From an uncultured Bacilli bacterium (lineage in GTDB: Bacteria; Bacillota_I; Bacilli_A; RFN20; DUOF01), in contig CALVUJ010000023.1 of the NCBI GenBank assembly GCA_944363575.1, positions 107-64,106 on the forward strand: a stretch of DNA of 64,000 bases, read 5' to 3'. The translations under genes and the position numbers were made by a program. The first letter of the stretch is position 1. Each line of letters begins with the position of its first letter. Under the pieces are notes generated by a model. The model made no database searches. It was given only the letters and a program-made list of their open reading frames with translations, and was not told the origin of the DNA. Shown here piece by piece: positions 46,859-60,180 of the stretch.

Positions 46859-48850
46859 ATGAAAAATTTATTTAATAAGGAAAAAAATAAAATAATTATC
46901 TTAATTATTTTTCAATTTGCCATTAGTATTTTATCTTTAATAAATTATTCTTTTAAAAATCCAATAATTAATGTGGATGATGAAATTTTATATACCATTT
47001 TGGTGGTTGTAATTATTTTTTCTAATATTTTTTATTTTGTTTCTTTTTATACTAAGATTGATAAAAAAAATACAATTAATAATATTAAAGTTAATTCATT
47101 GCTTTTAAATAATTTAAAAGAAATTGATACTTTTGGGGAGATTGGAATTATTTTTTATGATGAATTTTTTGAAGTTATTTGGATTAATGAATTTTTAGAG
47201 AGTAGGAATATTGATATAATTGGGAAAAATATTATTAATTACGATAATAATTTTTGTTTGATTGTAGAAGATAAAAAGGAAAATGTTAAGATTACGATTA
47301 ATAATCGTGTTTATGATTGTATATGCTTAAAAGAATTAAAAATGATTATTATGAAGGATGTTAATCAGTATGAAAATTTATTAACTTCTTATAATAATGA
47401 GGCACCAGTTATTTTTAATATATCTATTGATAATTATAGTGATGTGTTGTCTGTTTTGGGTGATACTAAGGCTAGTGAGTTGGAGGCTCGTGTGAGAACT
47501 ATTATTAATGAATGGTCTATTAATAATCGTATATTTTTGAAAAAAATTAGAAATGATTTATATATTGCTTTGATGCAAGAAAGTACATATCAAGTTATTT
47601 TAAGGGATAGGTTTTCTTTAGTTGAGGAAATAAAGAAAGTTCATGAGGAAGATAATAATTTTACTATTTCTATTGGTGTTGGTAGAGGTATTAATGATTT
47701 TATTAAGTTATCAGAATTATCTTCAAGTGCACTTGATGTGGCTTTATCTAGAGGTGGAGATCAAAGTGTTGTTAATACATATGGTAAGAATATGGAGTTT
47801 TATGGTGGGGGTAGTGAATCTAAGAGTAAAAGACATAAAGTTAAGGTTAAGGTTGTTTCTAAGTCTTTGACTGCGTTAGTTCAATCTTCGGATAGTGTAT
47901 ATATCATGGGGCATATTTCTGCTGATTTTGATGCTATTGGGGCTTGTTTAGGGATGTATTCAATTACTAAGCAATTTAATAAAAAAGTGAAAATAATTTA
48001 TGATGATAAATTAGTGGAATTAAAGGCTAGGATAGCATTTAGAGAATCGTTTGATAAAGAAGAAATTGATGAAATGATTATAAAACCAAATAAAGTTTTA
48101 GAAGAGATAAATGAGAATAGTTTGTTGTTAATAGTTGATTTTTCAAATCCTGAATTAGCTATGAGTACAAAAGTGTTTGATAAGGCAGAAAAAGTAGCTA
48201 TTATCGATCATCATCGTCCTGGGGATAAGCTAATATCTCAAATATTTTCATATCAAGAGAGTGCAGCATCATCTACTTGTGAAATGGTTAGTGAAATTAT
48301 TAGATATTCAGAAAATAAAATCAGAATTACTCCTGAAGTTGCAACTTTTATGTTAACAGGGATATTACTTGATACTAATAACTATAAGACAAGAACTGGT
48401 GCTAGAACATACGAAGCTTCGATGATTTTAAAAGAATATGGAGCGGATAATACTTTAGCTACGGAGTTTTTGAAAGAAGAATATGAAGAATATTTGTTAA
48501 AAACGAAAATTATGGCTAACTCTGAGACTCCTTATTATGGAGTAGTTGTTTGTGTTTCTAGTGAGGGAGATATTGTTAGTAGGGCAATGTTAGCTAAGGT
48601 TGGGCAGGAAGTTTTGGATGTTAAAGAGATAAAAGCTTGTTTTGTGTTAGGAAAAATTAGTGAGACAGCGGTCGGAATAAGTGCTAGAAGTGATGGAACA
48701 ATTAATGTTCAAAAGATTATGGAAAGTATGGGTGGTGGAGGACATTTTAGTAGTGCGGCGACACAAATGGAAAATGTTTCTGTTGAGGAAACTAAAAAAT
48801 TATTGTACTCTAAATTAGAAAGTTTTGTTGGTGATACAAGAATAGAATAA
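46859..48850 (+). CDS. gdpP: Cyclic-di-AMP phosphodiesterase GdpP (YybT)
   Basis: Two N-terminal TMs, degenerate GGDEF (RGGDQ), DFDAIG, IDHH, GGGGH; rpsR-gdpP-rplI synteny. Confidence 0.9.
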   Translation: MKNLFNKEKNKIIILIIFQFAISILSLINYSFKNPIINVDDEILYTILVVVIIFSNIFYFVSFYTKIDKKNTINNIKVNSLLLNNLKEIDTFGEIGIIFYDEFFEVIWINEFLESRNIDIIGKNIINYDNNFCLIVEDKKENVKITINNRVYDCICLKELKMIIMKDVNQYENLLTSYNNEAPVIFNISIDNYSDVLSVLGDTKASELEARVRTIINEWSINNRIFLKKIRNDLYIALMQESTYQVILRDRFSLVEEIKKVHEEDNNFTISIGVGRGINDFIKLSELSSSALDVALSRGGDQSVVNTYGKNMEFYGGGSESKSKRHKVKVKVVSKSLTALVQSSDSVYIMGHISADFDAIGACLGMYSITKQFNKKVKIIYDDKLVELKARIAFRESFDKEEIDEMIIKPNKVLEEINENSLLLIVDFSNPELAMSTKVFDKAEKVAIIDHHRPGDKLISQIFSYQESAASSTCEMVSEIIRYSENKIRITPEVATFMLTGILLDTNNYKTRTGARTYEASMILKEYGADNTLATEFLKEEYEEYLLKTKIMANSETPYYGVVVCVSSEGDIVSRAMLAKVGQEVLDVKEIKACFVLGKISETAVGISARSDGTINVQKIMESMGGGGHFSSAATQMENVSVEETKKLLYSKLESFVGDTRIE

Positions 48851-48864
48851 AGGAGGATATTAAG

Positions 48865-49311
48865 ATGAAGGTTATTTTATTAGAGGATGTTAAAAAAGTT
48901 GGAAAAAAAGGTAGTATTGTTAATGTTAGTGATGGATATGGGATGAATTATTTGATTCCTAAAAAATTAGCAGTATTGGCTACGAAGACTAGTTTAGATA
49001 TAAAGAAAAAAGAAGATGATGATAAAGCAAAAGAAGAAGAGGTAAAGAAAGAAAAGGCTTTAGAGCTTAAAGAGCAATTAAAGGATTTAGTGTTAGAGCT
49101 TAGTGTTAGTATAGGAAAAGAAGGAAAGTTATTTGGAGCTATATCTTCTAAGGAAATAGTAGATGAGTATAAGAAAGTTTATAATATTGAATTAGATAAA
49201 AGAAAGTTTGTTGATTTTAATCCAATTACAGCGTTAGGTTATACGAAAATAGAGATAGAGTTATATAAAGATGTGATAGGTGTTATTACGGTGCATGTTA
49301 GTCAAAAATAG
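48865..49311 (+). CDS. rplI: 50S ribosomal protein L9
   Basis: MKVILLEDVKKVGKKG, GYGMNYLIP, GKLFGAIS. Confidence 0.96.
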   Translation: MKVILLEDVKKVGKKGSIVNVSDGYGMNYLIPKKLAVLATKTSLDIKKKEDDDKAKEEEVKKEKALELKEQLKDLVLELSVSIGKEGKLFGAISSKEIVDEYKKVYNIELDKRKFVDFNPITALGYTKIEIELYKDVIGVITVHVSQK

Positions 49312-49324
49312 GAGTTGATGAAAA

Positions 49325-50689
49325 ATGAAGAAAGTTCCATATTCAGTTGAAGCAGAGAGAGAAGTTTTAGGGAGTATGCTTATTTCTAAGGAAGCTTTAT
49401 TGAATAGTGTAGTTAGGTTATCTAGTGAGGATTTTTATGTTTCTGATCATAAACTTATTTTTAATACTATTAAGAGTATGTATGATCGGGGAGTTTCAAT
49501 TGATCCTGTTTTTGTTGTGGAACAACTGATGTTAAATAATGATATTAATCAATTAGAAGATAAAAATGTTGTAATGAATCTAGTGGAAGGGGTTGTTGCT
49601 CCTTCAAATATAGAGGCACATATTAGGATTTTACAAGATAAGACTACTTTAAGGAGATTGGTTGGATTAGCTAATGAAGTAGTTAATAAATGGGATAAAG
49701 AAGGAATTGAAGATATTAGTGATTATGTTGAGAATGTAGAAAGTGAAATGTTATCTATTACTCGTTCAAGAAATGTTGGGGAATTTCAAACAACAGAAGA
49801 AGTAATTAAAGTTTTAAAAGAAAAATTATATGGAAATAGTGGCAATAAAATGAATTTAACGGGTGTTACTAGTGGCTTTACTGATATAGATAATATTACG
49901 CATGGATTTCAAAAGGGAGATTTAATTATTTTGGCAGCAAGACCTTCTATGGGGAAAACAGCATTAGCACTTAATTTTTTGATGAATGCTGCTATTAAGC
50001 AGAATTTAACAGTAGCTATGTTTTCGGTAGAAATGCCAGCAGAACAGTTAATGCAAAGAATGCTTAGTGCGTTATCTGGAGTTAATGGTGATAAGATTAG
50101 AGGATTAAATTTGAGTGATAAGGATTGGACAAAGATTGATATTGCAGCTAATCAATTAAGTAAGGCTAAAATTTTTGTAGATGATACTTCCAGTATCAAA
50201 TTGGGTGATTTATTAGTTAAGGCAAGGAAGTTAAAATCATTACATGATGATTTATCTTTAGTAGTAGTTGATTATCTTCAAATTGTTAAGGGTTCAGAAA
50301 AATCTAGAAAAGAAGGAAGACAACAAGAAGTTACGGAGATATCTAGGGGATTAAAAGAAATGGCTAGGGAGTTAGGTGTGCCTGTCATTGCTTTATCTCA
50401 ATTATCTCGTGATTCAGAAAAAAGAGATAATAAAAGACCTATGCTTTCTGATTTAAGAGAATCAGGTGCCATAGAGCAAGATGCTGATTTAGTTATGTTT
50501 ATTTATAGAGAAGATTATTTTGATAATCAGAAAAAAGATAAAAATAAAGAAGAAGAGAAGAAAGATAATAGTAGTAGTATTGCAGAAGTTTCAATATCTA
50601 AACATCGTAATGGTGCGACTGGTGTTGTTAAATTGGTTTTCTTAAAAGAATATGGGTTATTTTCTAATTATGCAAAGGTAGAAGAGTAA
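49325..50689 (+). CDS. dnaB: Replicative DNA helicase (DnaB family; Bacillus DnaC)
   Basis: AARPSMGKT, VDYLQ, ALSQLSR, SDLRESGAIEQDAD, KHRNG. Confidence 0.97.
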   Translation: MKKVPYSVEAEREVLGSMLISKEALLNSVVRLSSEDFYVSDHKLIFNTIKSMYDRGVSIDPVFVVEQLMLNNDINQLEDKNVVMNLVEGVVAPSNIEAHIRILQDKTTLRRLVGLANEVVNKWDKEGIEDISDYVENVESEMLSITRSRNVGEFQTTEEVIKVLKEKLYGNSGNKMNLTGVTSGFTDIDNITHGFQKGDLIILAARPSMGKTALALNFLMNAAIKQNLTVAMFSVEMPAEQLMQRMLSALSGVNGDKIRGLNLSDKDWTKIDIAANQLSKAKIFVDDTSSIKLGDLLVKARKLKSLHDDLSLVVVDYLQIVKGSEKSRKEGRQQEVTEISRGLKEMARELGVPVIALSQLSRDSEKRDNKRPMLSDLRESGAIEQDADLVMFIYREDYFDNQKKDKNKEEEKKDNSSSIAEVSISKHRNGATGVVKLVFLKEYGLFSNYAKVEE

Positions 50690-50690
50690 A

Positions 50691-51455
50691 ATGAAGTTTA
50701 TTATATTGGCTAGTGGATCTAAAGGTAATTCTACTTTATTAATTAGTAATAGAGGAGATTTATTATTAATTGATGTAGGAATTTCTTATAAAGAAATAAA
50801 AGAAAAAATGGGAAAATATGGGTATGATATAAAAGATGTTAAAAGTATTTTAATTACTCATGAGCATGTTGATCATATTAAATCTATTGCAAGTTTCCCT
50901 GAAGTTAAAAAATATGCTTTAGAGGGTATTAGTGTTGTTGATGGTTGCTTAAAAAAATATGAAGAGCAGGAAGTCGAGGGCTTTTATGTTAGAGCATTAC
51001 CATTATCACATGATGTAAAGTGTGGTGGTTTTGTAATTAGGGATGGTAACGAACAATTAGTATACATTACCGATACAGGGTATTTTAATCATAAAAATGA
51101 ACAGTATATTAAAAATGCGGATTATTATATTTTTGAAAGTAATCATAATGTTGAGATGTTAATGGAGACTAAGAGGCCTTTTTATATAAAAAGTAGAATA
51201 TTGGGTGATGAAGGGCATTTAAATAATGAGACTGCTAGTGATTTGTTATGTGATGTTATAGGTGATAAAACAAAGCAAATTTATTTAGCACATTTATCTT
51301 TAGAAGCTAATACTAAGGAGTTAGCTTTAAATACTTTTTATAGAGTAGTTAAAGAAAGAGAGATAGATATTAGTAAAATAGTAGTTAGAACAGCAGATCA
51401 ATATATGGAAATAGCAGGGGGAGAATATTATGAAGAAACTCTTGTTAGTGGTTAG
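50691..51455 (+). CDS. walJ: WalJ/YycJ metallo-beta-lactamase-fold exonuclease
   Basis: LASGSKGN, THEHVDH, SHD, TDTG, ESNHNVEML, GHLNN, AHLS; precedes htrA-rlmH. Confidence 0.85.
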   Translation: MKFIILASGSKGNSTLLISNRGDLLLIDVGISYKEIKEKMGKYGYDIKDVKSILITHEHVDHIKSIASFPEVKKYALEGISVVDGCLKKYEEQEVEGFYVRALPLSHDVKCGGFVIRDGNEQLVYITDTGYFNHKNEQYIKNADYYIFESNHNVEMLMETKRPFYIKSRILGDEGHLNNETASDLLCDVIGDKTKQIYLAHLSLEANTKELALNTFYRVVKEREIDISKIVVRTADQYMEIAGGEYYEETLVSG

Positions 51456-52401
51456 TTTATTGCTGCCATTTTGTTTTAGTTTTTTAGATGTAGATGAAGC
51501 AAACATAGTAAATGTTTCTAATGATGATTGTGGGACTTATGGGAGTAGTGTTATGGTTATAAATAATTATAATGTTTTTGAGAGCAGTGGGTTTATTTAT
51601 GATATAGATGAAAATTATACTTATATTGTAACTAGTTCAAACATTGTTAATGATACGAATAATTTTGGTGTTATTTTTGAGGATAATAGTTATTTATCGG
51701 CGATTATTTTAGGGTATGATTTAAATGATGGGATAGCGGTGCTTAGGACTAGTAAAAAGGATAATGTAAAAGAAGTTTGTTTAGCAGATAGTAGTTATTT
51801 GATAAAAGGGCAAGCTAATTATTTGTATGGGTATTTAGATAAAGACATAGAATATTTTAATAAAGGGTTTATAAATTCTGTGGGGTATTTATTTAATGTT
51901 GATAGTTATAGAAATATTTATCGAAATGTAGTGGGTGTAGAATGGAATGATAGGTTAATTGGTATTGGGACTTTTGATGGTTTTAATAGATTAACTGGTA
52001 TAGTTGTTGGTTATGATCAAAAATTGCAAGGGAGTAGTTTTGTTTTAGAGAGTGATAAAATAAAAAAAATTGTGGATTCTATTATAAAAACTAGGAAATA
52101 TGATGCAAATTATATAAAATATAAAATAGATAATTTGAGCAATTTGGGATTATCTTTGAGAAAAAGCTATGGTATTAACGATAATGTAAAAAAAGGAGTA
52201 GCAGTGATTACTTTTAAACCATTTAATTATGTGTTTGGTGGATTAAATCAAGGTATGGTGATTGTGGCTGTTAATGGGGTAGAAGTAGATAGTGTTTATG
52301 AATTTGATAAGCAATTATTGAGATATGAGAAGAAGCAAAAAGTTTGTTTAAAGGTTATTAAAAAGAATGGTAAAGAAGCTTACTATTATGTGAAAATATA
52401 A
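51430..52401 (+). CDS. HtrA-like pseudoprotease (trypsin fold plus PDZ, catalytic triad lost)
   Basis: SSGFIY..YIVTSSNIV (His lost), GYDLNDGIAVL (Asp lost), no GNSGG; PDZ GMVIVAVNGVEV; signal peptide. Confidence 0.75.
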   Translation: MKKLLLVVSLLLPFCFSFLDVDEANIVNVSNDDCGTYGSSVMVINNYNVFESSGFIYDIDENYTYIVTSSNIVNDTNNFGVIFEDNSYLSAIILGYDLNDGIAVLRTSKKDNVKEVCLADSSYLIKGQANYLYGYLDKDIEYFNKGFINSVGYLFNVDSYRNIYRNVVGVEWNDRLIGIGTFDGFNRLTGIVVGYDQKLQGSSFVLESDKIKKIVDSIIKTRKYDANYIKYKIDNLSNLGLSLRKSYGINDNVKKGVAVITFKPFNYVFGGLNQGMVIVAVNGVEVDSVYEFDKQLLRYEKKQKVCLKVIKKNGKEAYYYVKI

Positions 52402-52413
52402 GGAGGAATAGAT

Positions 52414-53520
52414 ATGAAGAAAGTTAGAGTTTTGGGTTATTTGTTGCTAGTTATGGTGTTATTGGTAGGGTGTTCATGTTCTAATGATCAATGTAAATGT
52501 CCTGGTGATGATGGGAATGCTAGTGAAGAGTATAAGCAAGAGATAACAGATTATAGCGAATTAATCGAAGCAACGGCAAGAAGTGTAGTAATGATTAAAG
52601 TTCAAAATCAAGATAGTAAGCAGGTTATTGCTACTGGTAGTGGGGTGGTAGCTTTTGAAACTGGTACTTGTATTAATAGCAACTATATTAATCAAAAGTG
52701 TGCTTATATAATAACAAATGCACATGTTGTAAATAAATTAACTAGTGGTTATGAAGTTGAGGTTATGTTTTCTACTAGTGATGGATTTATGAGCGGGGAA
52801 AGTGAAATTGCTATGCTTGTTGGAAAGGATTATTATGAAGATGTAGCGGTTTTAGAAATACTAAAAAGTGAGAAGTATTCGTTAGCAACAATTGGTGATT
52901 CTAGTAGTATTAATCGTGGTGATTTTGTGTATACAATTGGTTCTCCTTTAGGTAAATTTAACTATACGACAGCAGGTAATATTTCAAGTTATAATGTTCC
53001 TATTGAGATTGATAATAGTAGAGTAGGTAAAGAAACAACAGTATATGCTATTTTAACAGATGCTCCTATCAATGAAGGTAATAGTGGTGGGGGATTATTT
53101 GATAAAGATGGTAAACTTATTGGGATAACAACTTTAAAGTATGATGATACAACTGGAATGTATGGATCATTACCAATTAATTATTTTATGAAAGTAGCAA
53201 ACTATTTATTAGTTAACAACACAAACTATGTTAGGCCTACATTAAATCTAACATTATTATCTATTCCAGAATTAGGTTCAAGTAAGGAAACGTATGGGAT
53301 TTCAGATTATGTAAAGACTGGAGTGTATATTCAAGCTTCTTTGGAGGGTAATGTAGAAAGTGGAACGGTTATTAAAAAAGTTAATGGAGTAAGTGTCGAT
53401 GATGAAGCACAGTATTTTGTAGAGTTATTAAAGTATAATATAGGAGATAGTGTTACTCTTGAGGTTGTTAATAAAGATGGTCTTAATGTTAGGACGGTAA
53501 CTGCTGTTTTACATGCATGA
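52414..53520 (+). CDS. htrA: HtrA/DegP-family serine protease (lipoprotein)
   Basis: LVG-CSC lipobox, GSGV, ITNAHVV, EDVAVL, INEGNSGGGL, C-terminal PDZ. Confidence 0.9.
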   Translation: MKKVRVLGYLLLVMVLLVGCSCSNDQCKCPGDDGNASEEYKQEITDYSELIEATARSVVMIKVQNQDSKQVIATGSGVVAFETGTCINSNYINQKCAYIITNAHVVNKLTSGYEVEVMFSTSDGFMSGESEIAMLVGKDYYEDVAVLEILKSEKYSLATIGDSSSINRGDFVYTIGSPLGKFNYTTAGNISSYNVPIEIDNSRVGKETTVYAILTDAPINEGNSGGGLFDKDGKLIGITTLKYDDTTGMYGSLPINYFMKVANYLLVNNTNYVRPTLNLTLLSIPELGSSKETYGISDYVKTGVYIQASLEGNVESGTVIKKVNGVSVDDEAQYFVELLKYNIGDSVTLEVVNKDGLNVRTVTAVLHA

Positions 53521-53990
53521 TTAGGATAAAACTTGTGGCTGTTGGTAAGATTAAAGATTCTTATCTAGTAGCGGGTATTGGCGAGTATTTAAAGAGATTA
53601 AGTAGCTATTGTAATTTAGAAATAGTTGAAGTTAAAGATGAAAAGATTGTAAGTAATAATAGTGAAGAAAAAATAAAAGAAATTGAAGGAAAGAGAATTT
53701 TAGAAAAAATTGATTGTAAAGAGTTTGTTGTTTTGTTAGATGTAAAAGGTAAAGAATATAGTAGTGAAGAGTTTGCTAGTGAATTTGATTCCTTAATTAA
53801 TGAAGGTGTGGGTAGTTATTGCTTTGTTATAGGGGGATCTTTGGGGGTTAGCGAAGAAGTTAAAAGAAGAGCGAAATGGCGTATTTCTTTTTCAAAATTA
53901 ACTTTTACACATCAGATGATTAGGTTACTGTTTTTAGAGCAAATTTATAGAGTTTTTAAGATAATTAATAATGAAACTTATCATAAATAG
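53517..53990 (+). CDS. rlmH: 23S rRNA pseudouridine-1915 N3-methyltransferase
   Basis: VAVGKIK, EYLKRL, FVIGGSLG, SFSKLTFTHQMIRL, EQIYR. Confidence 0.95.
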   Translation: MIRIKLVAVGKIKDSYLVAGIGEYLKRLSSYCNLEIVEVKDEKIVSNNSEEKIKEIEGKRILEKIDCKEFVVLLDVKGKEYSSEEFASEFDSLINEGVGSYCFVIGGSLGVSEEVKRRAKWRISFSKLTFTHQMIRLLFLEQIYRVFKIINNETYHK

Positions 53991-54004
53991 ATAAGTTTTT
54001 TTAT

Positions 54005-54032
54005 TTGCTTTTTTATTGAGTTATGATAGAAT
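54005..54032 (+). promoter_or_regulatory. sigmaA-like promoter of yaaA-recF-gyrB-gyrA
   Basis: TTGCTT-N16-TAGAAT with extended TG. Confidence 0.5.
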
Positions 54033-54082
54033 ATAAATATATATTTATATTCTTTCATAAACTTAGGAAAAGAGGGTCTGTA

Positions 54083-54290
54083 ATGGAAAAAGTTTATATT
54101 AAAAGTGAGTATATTACATTAGGTCAATTTTTGAAGTTTGTTGGTATTGTTGATTGTGGTAGTTATGCGAAAGAATTTTTGATAAACAATAAGGTTATCA
54201 TTAACAATGAACAAGATCAAAGAAGGGGAAGAAAAATATATCCAGGCGACATAGTTGAAATAAAAGGAAAAAAGTATGAGGTATTGAAAG

Positions 54291-54301
<11 letters not shown>
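54083..54301 (+). CDS. yaaA: S4-domain RNA-binding protein YaaA
   Basis: EYITLGQFLK, RRGRKIYPGD; ATG 54083 after AGAGGG. Confidence 0.9.
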
Positions 54302-57268
<2,967 letters not shown>

Positions 57269-57280
57269 GAGGGATAAATA

Positions 57281-59812
57281 ATGGAAAATGAAATGGAAAA
57301 GAATGAAATGATTAGTGAAGATGATATTCATGATCGTAGTGTAAAACCAGTTAATATGACCAAAGAAGTTAAAAAGGCTTTTTTGGATTATGCGATGTCT
57401 GTTATTGTCTCAAGGGCTTTGCCTGATGTTAGGGATGGTTTAAAGCCTGTTCATCGAAGAATTATTCATACAATGAATGAACTTGGTGTTCATCCTGGTA
57501 AACCATATAAAAAATCAGCGAGAATTGTTGGAGATACGATGGGTAAATATCACCCACATGGTGATACTGCAATTTATGATTCTTTGGCGAGAATGGCACA
57601 AGATTTTTCTTATCGTTATCCTTTAGTGGATGGGCATGGAAACTTTGGTTCGGTTGATGGCGATGATCCTGCTGCTATGCGTTATACGGAAGCTAGAATG
57701 GCGAAGATAACGATGGAAATGATTAGGGATATTGATGAAGATACAGTTGATTTTATCGATAACTATGATGGGTGCGAAAAAGAGCCTACAGTACTTCCTT
57801 CAAGATTTCCTAACTTATTAGTTAATGGAGCGGTAGGTATTGCTGTTGGTATGGCTACGAATGTTCCTACACATAATTTAAGAGAAGTTATTGATGCGGT
57901 ATTAGCTTTTAGTAACGATCCTGGTATTAGTGTAGTTGATTTAATGAACAATTACATTCCTGGTCCTGATTTTCCTACAGGGGGAATTATTTTAGGGCGT
58001 AATGGCATTAAAAAGGCTTATGAAGAAGGTAGCGGATCAATTATTGTTCGTTCTAAGTGTCATATTGAAGATATGGAGCATGGTAAGAAGAGAATAATTG
58101 TTACGGAGATTCCTTATCAAGTTAATAAGAAAACTTTAATTGAAAAAATAGTTGAGTTAGTAAAGAATAAAATAGTTGAAGGTATTTCTGATTTAAGAGA
58201 TGAATCTAACCGTGAAGGTATGAGAGTTGTTATTGAATTAAAGAAAGAAGCAGTTCCAGAAGTTATTTTAAATCAATTATATAAATTAACTCAATTACAA
58301 GTAGTGTTTGGGGCTAATATGTTAGCTATTGTTGATGGTGAGCCACGTATTTTAGGTTTAAAAGAGATATTAAACCAATATTTAATTCACCAAGAAAATG
58401 TTATTACTAGAAGAACACATTTTAGATTAAATAAAGCTAGAGAAAGAGAACATATTTTGTTAGGTTTACAAACTGCTTGTGATAATATTGATGAAGTATT
58501 AAACATTATTAGAAGAAATCAAACGGCAGAGAGTGCTACGAATGAGTTAATGGCAAGATTTAATTTTTCCGATAAGCAATGTAAGGCTATTTTAGATATG
58601 CGTCTTCAAAGATTAACAGGTCTTGCAAGGGCAGAGATAGTGGCAAACATTGAACAATTGCAAAAAGATATCGAATCATATCTTAATATCTTAGAGAATA
58701 AAGATGTTTTATTAACTCTTGTTAGGGATGAATTAGTAGAGATGCGCGATAAATATAGTGATGATCGTAGAACGGAGATTACTAATGATTATAGTAACAT
58801 TGATGATGAAGATTTGATTCCTCAAGAAGATATTGTTGTTTCTTTAACTATGAACGGGTATATTAAACGTGTTACAGCTGATACCTATAAGTCGCAAAAT
58901 AGGGGAGGTAGAGGAGTTACTGGTATGACTACTCATGATGATGATATTGTCGATCAGTTGTTAATTACCAATACGCATCGTGATGTATTATTCTTTACTA
59001 ATACAGGTAAGGTATATCGTGTTAGAGGGTATAAAATTCCTGAATATTCAAGGCAATCTAAAGGCTTACCAATAATTAATTTATTAAATATGGATAAGAG
59101 TGAAAAAGTAAGGGCAATGATATCTATTGATAATACGGATATAACTGGTGATGAAAAATTATTGTTTGTAAGTAGTAAGGGTATTAGTAAACGTGTAAGT
59201 ATTGAGGAGTTTAAAAATATTAGGCAAAATGGTAAGATTGCGGTTACTTTAAAAGAAGATGATGAATTATTTGCGGTTAGAAAGACTAAGGGTAATGAAG
59301 ATATTATAATTGCGGCAAGTAATGGTAAGGCCGTAAGATTTTCGGAAGAAAACATTAGAAGTATGGGTAGAACGGCTAGTGGAGTTAAGGCTATTAATGT
59401 TGGTGATGGTGAAGTTGTTGGTGTTTCTACTTCTAGCGAAGGTGAGTATATTTTAGTTTTAACGGCTAAAGGGTATGGTAAGATGTCTTCGATTGAAGAG
59501 TATCGTGTGATGACTAATCGTGGTGGTAAAGGAGTTAAGACTGTTAATGTTACGGCGAAAAATGGTAAGTTAGTTTGTTTAAGGGCTGTGCATGGTGATG
59601 AAGATTTGTTAGTTGTTACTAATAAAGGGATTATGATTAGAGTTCCTTTGGCACAGGTGAAAGTAGCTAGTAGGAATACTCAAGGTGTTAGGATTATAAA
59701 GATTGCAGATGATTCGGTTGTTTCTTCAATTGCGGTGCTAGAAAAAAGCGATGATATTGAAGTAGATGTTGCTGAAAATGAAGATATGACAAATATAAAT
59801 GAGGCTTTATAG
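57281..59812 (+). CDS. gyrA: DNA gyrase subunit A
   Basis: [25 protein letters not shown], GyrA box QNRGGRG. Confidence 0.98.
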   Translation: MENEMEKNEMISEDDIHDRSVKPVNMTKEVKKAFLDYAMSVIVSRALPDVRDGLKPVHRRIIHTMNELGVHPGKPYKKSARIVGDTMGKYHPHGDTAIYDSLARMAQDFSYRYPLVDGHGNFGSVDGDDPAAMRYTEARMAKITMEMIRDIDEDTVDFIDNYDGCEKEPTVLPSRFPNLLVNGAVGIAVGMATNVPTHNLREVIDAVLAFSNDPGISVVDLMNNYIPGPDFPTGGIILGRNGIKKAYEEGSGSIIVRSKCHIEDMEHGKKRIIVTEIPYQVNKKTLIEKIVELVKNKIVEGISDLRDESNREGMRVVIELKKEAVPEVILNQLYKLTQLQVVFGANMLAIVDGEPRILGLKEILNQYLIHQENVITRRTHFRLNKAREREHILLGLQTACDNIDEVLNIIRRNQTAESATNELMARFNFSDKQCKAILDMRLQRLTGLARAEIVANIEQLQKDIESYLNILENKDVLLTLVRDELVEMRDKYSDDRRTEITNDYSNIDDEDLIPQEDIVVSLTMNGYIKRVTADTYKSQNRGGRGVTGMTTHDDDIVDQLLITNTHRDVLFFTNTGKVYRVRGYKIPEYSRQSKGLPIINLLNMDKSEKVRAMISIDNTDITGDEKLLFVSSKGISKRVSIEEFKNIRQNGKIAVTLKEDDELFAVRKTKGNEDIIIAASNGKAVRFSEENIRSMGRTASGVKAINVGDGEVVGVSTSSEGEYILVLTAKGYGKMSSIEEYRVMTNRGGKGVKTVNVTAKNGKLVCLRAVHGDEDLLVVTNKGIMIRVPLAQVKVASRNTQGVRIIKIADDSVVSSIAVLEKSDDIEVDVAENEDMTNINEAL

Positions 59813-59817
59813 TATAG

Positions 59818-59846
59818 AAGCATATACGAGAGTATGTGCTTTTTTT
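59818..59846 (+). terminator. Intrinsic terminator after gyrA
   Basis: AAGCATATAC-GAGA-GTATGTGCTT-TTTTT. Confidence 0.85.
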
Positions 59847-59850
59847 ATCT

Positions 59851-59878
59851 TTGAAAAAGTTAGGGCTTATGATAGAAT
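59851..59878 (+). promoter_or_regulatory. sigmaA-like promoter of the XRE/Fic cassette
   Basis: TTGAAA-N16-TAGAAT with extended TG. Confidence 0.55.
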
Positions 59879-59899
59879 AAGTTTAGTGAAGGTGATAAC

Positions 59900-60178
59900 A
59901 TGAATATTTGGTTGAAGTGTAAAGAAAATAGAGAAATGTTAGGGTTAACGGTTGAAGAGTTAGCAGTTTTTTTAGGTATTGATGTTAATAGGTACTATGA
60001 GTTTGAAGCAGGAGAGAATAGTTTAAGTAAGCAGGAGATGAAAAGAATTTGTGAATCTTTATATATTAGCAAAGAAGATTTCGAGTTGGAAAAATATGAT
60101 GATAATGATATGAGCGAAGAAGAAAAAAGAATAACGGAAATATCTTATAGAGTTATCAAGGAATGTGATGGTGAGTAG
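59900..60178 (+). CDS. XRE-family helix-turn-helix regulator with acidic C-terminus
   Basis: CKENREMLGLTVEELAVFLGIDVNRYYEFEAGE...RICESL HTH pattern; GAAGGTGA RBS. Confidence 0.8.
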   Translation: MNIWLKCKENREMLGLTVEELAVFLGIDVNRYYEFEAGENSLSKQEMKRICESLYISKEDFELEKYDDNDMSEEEKRITEISYRVIKECDGE

Positions 60179-60180
60179 TT

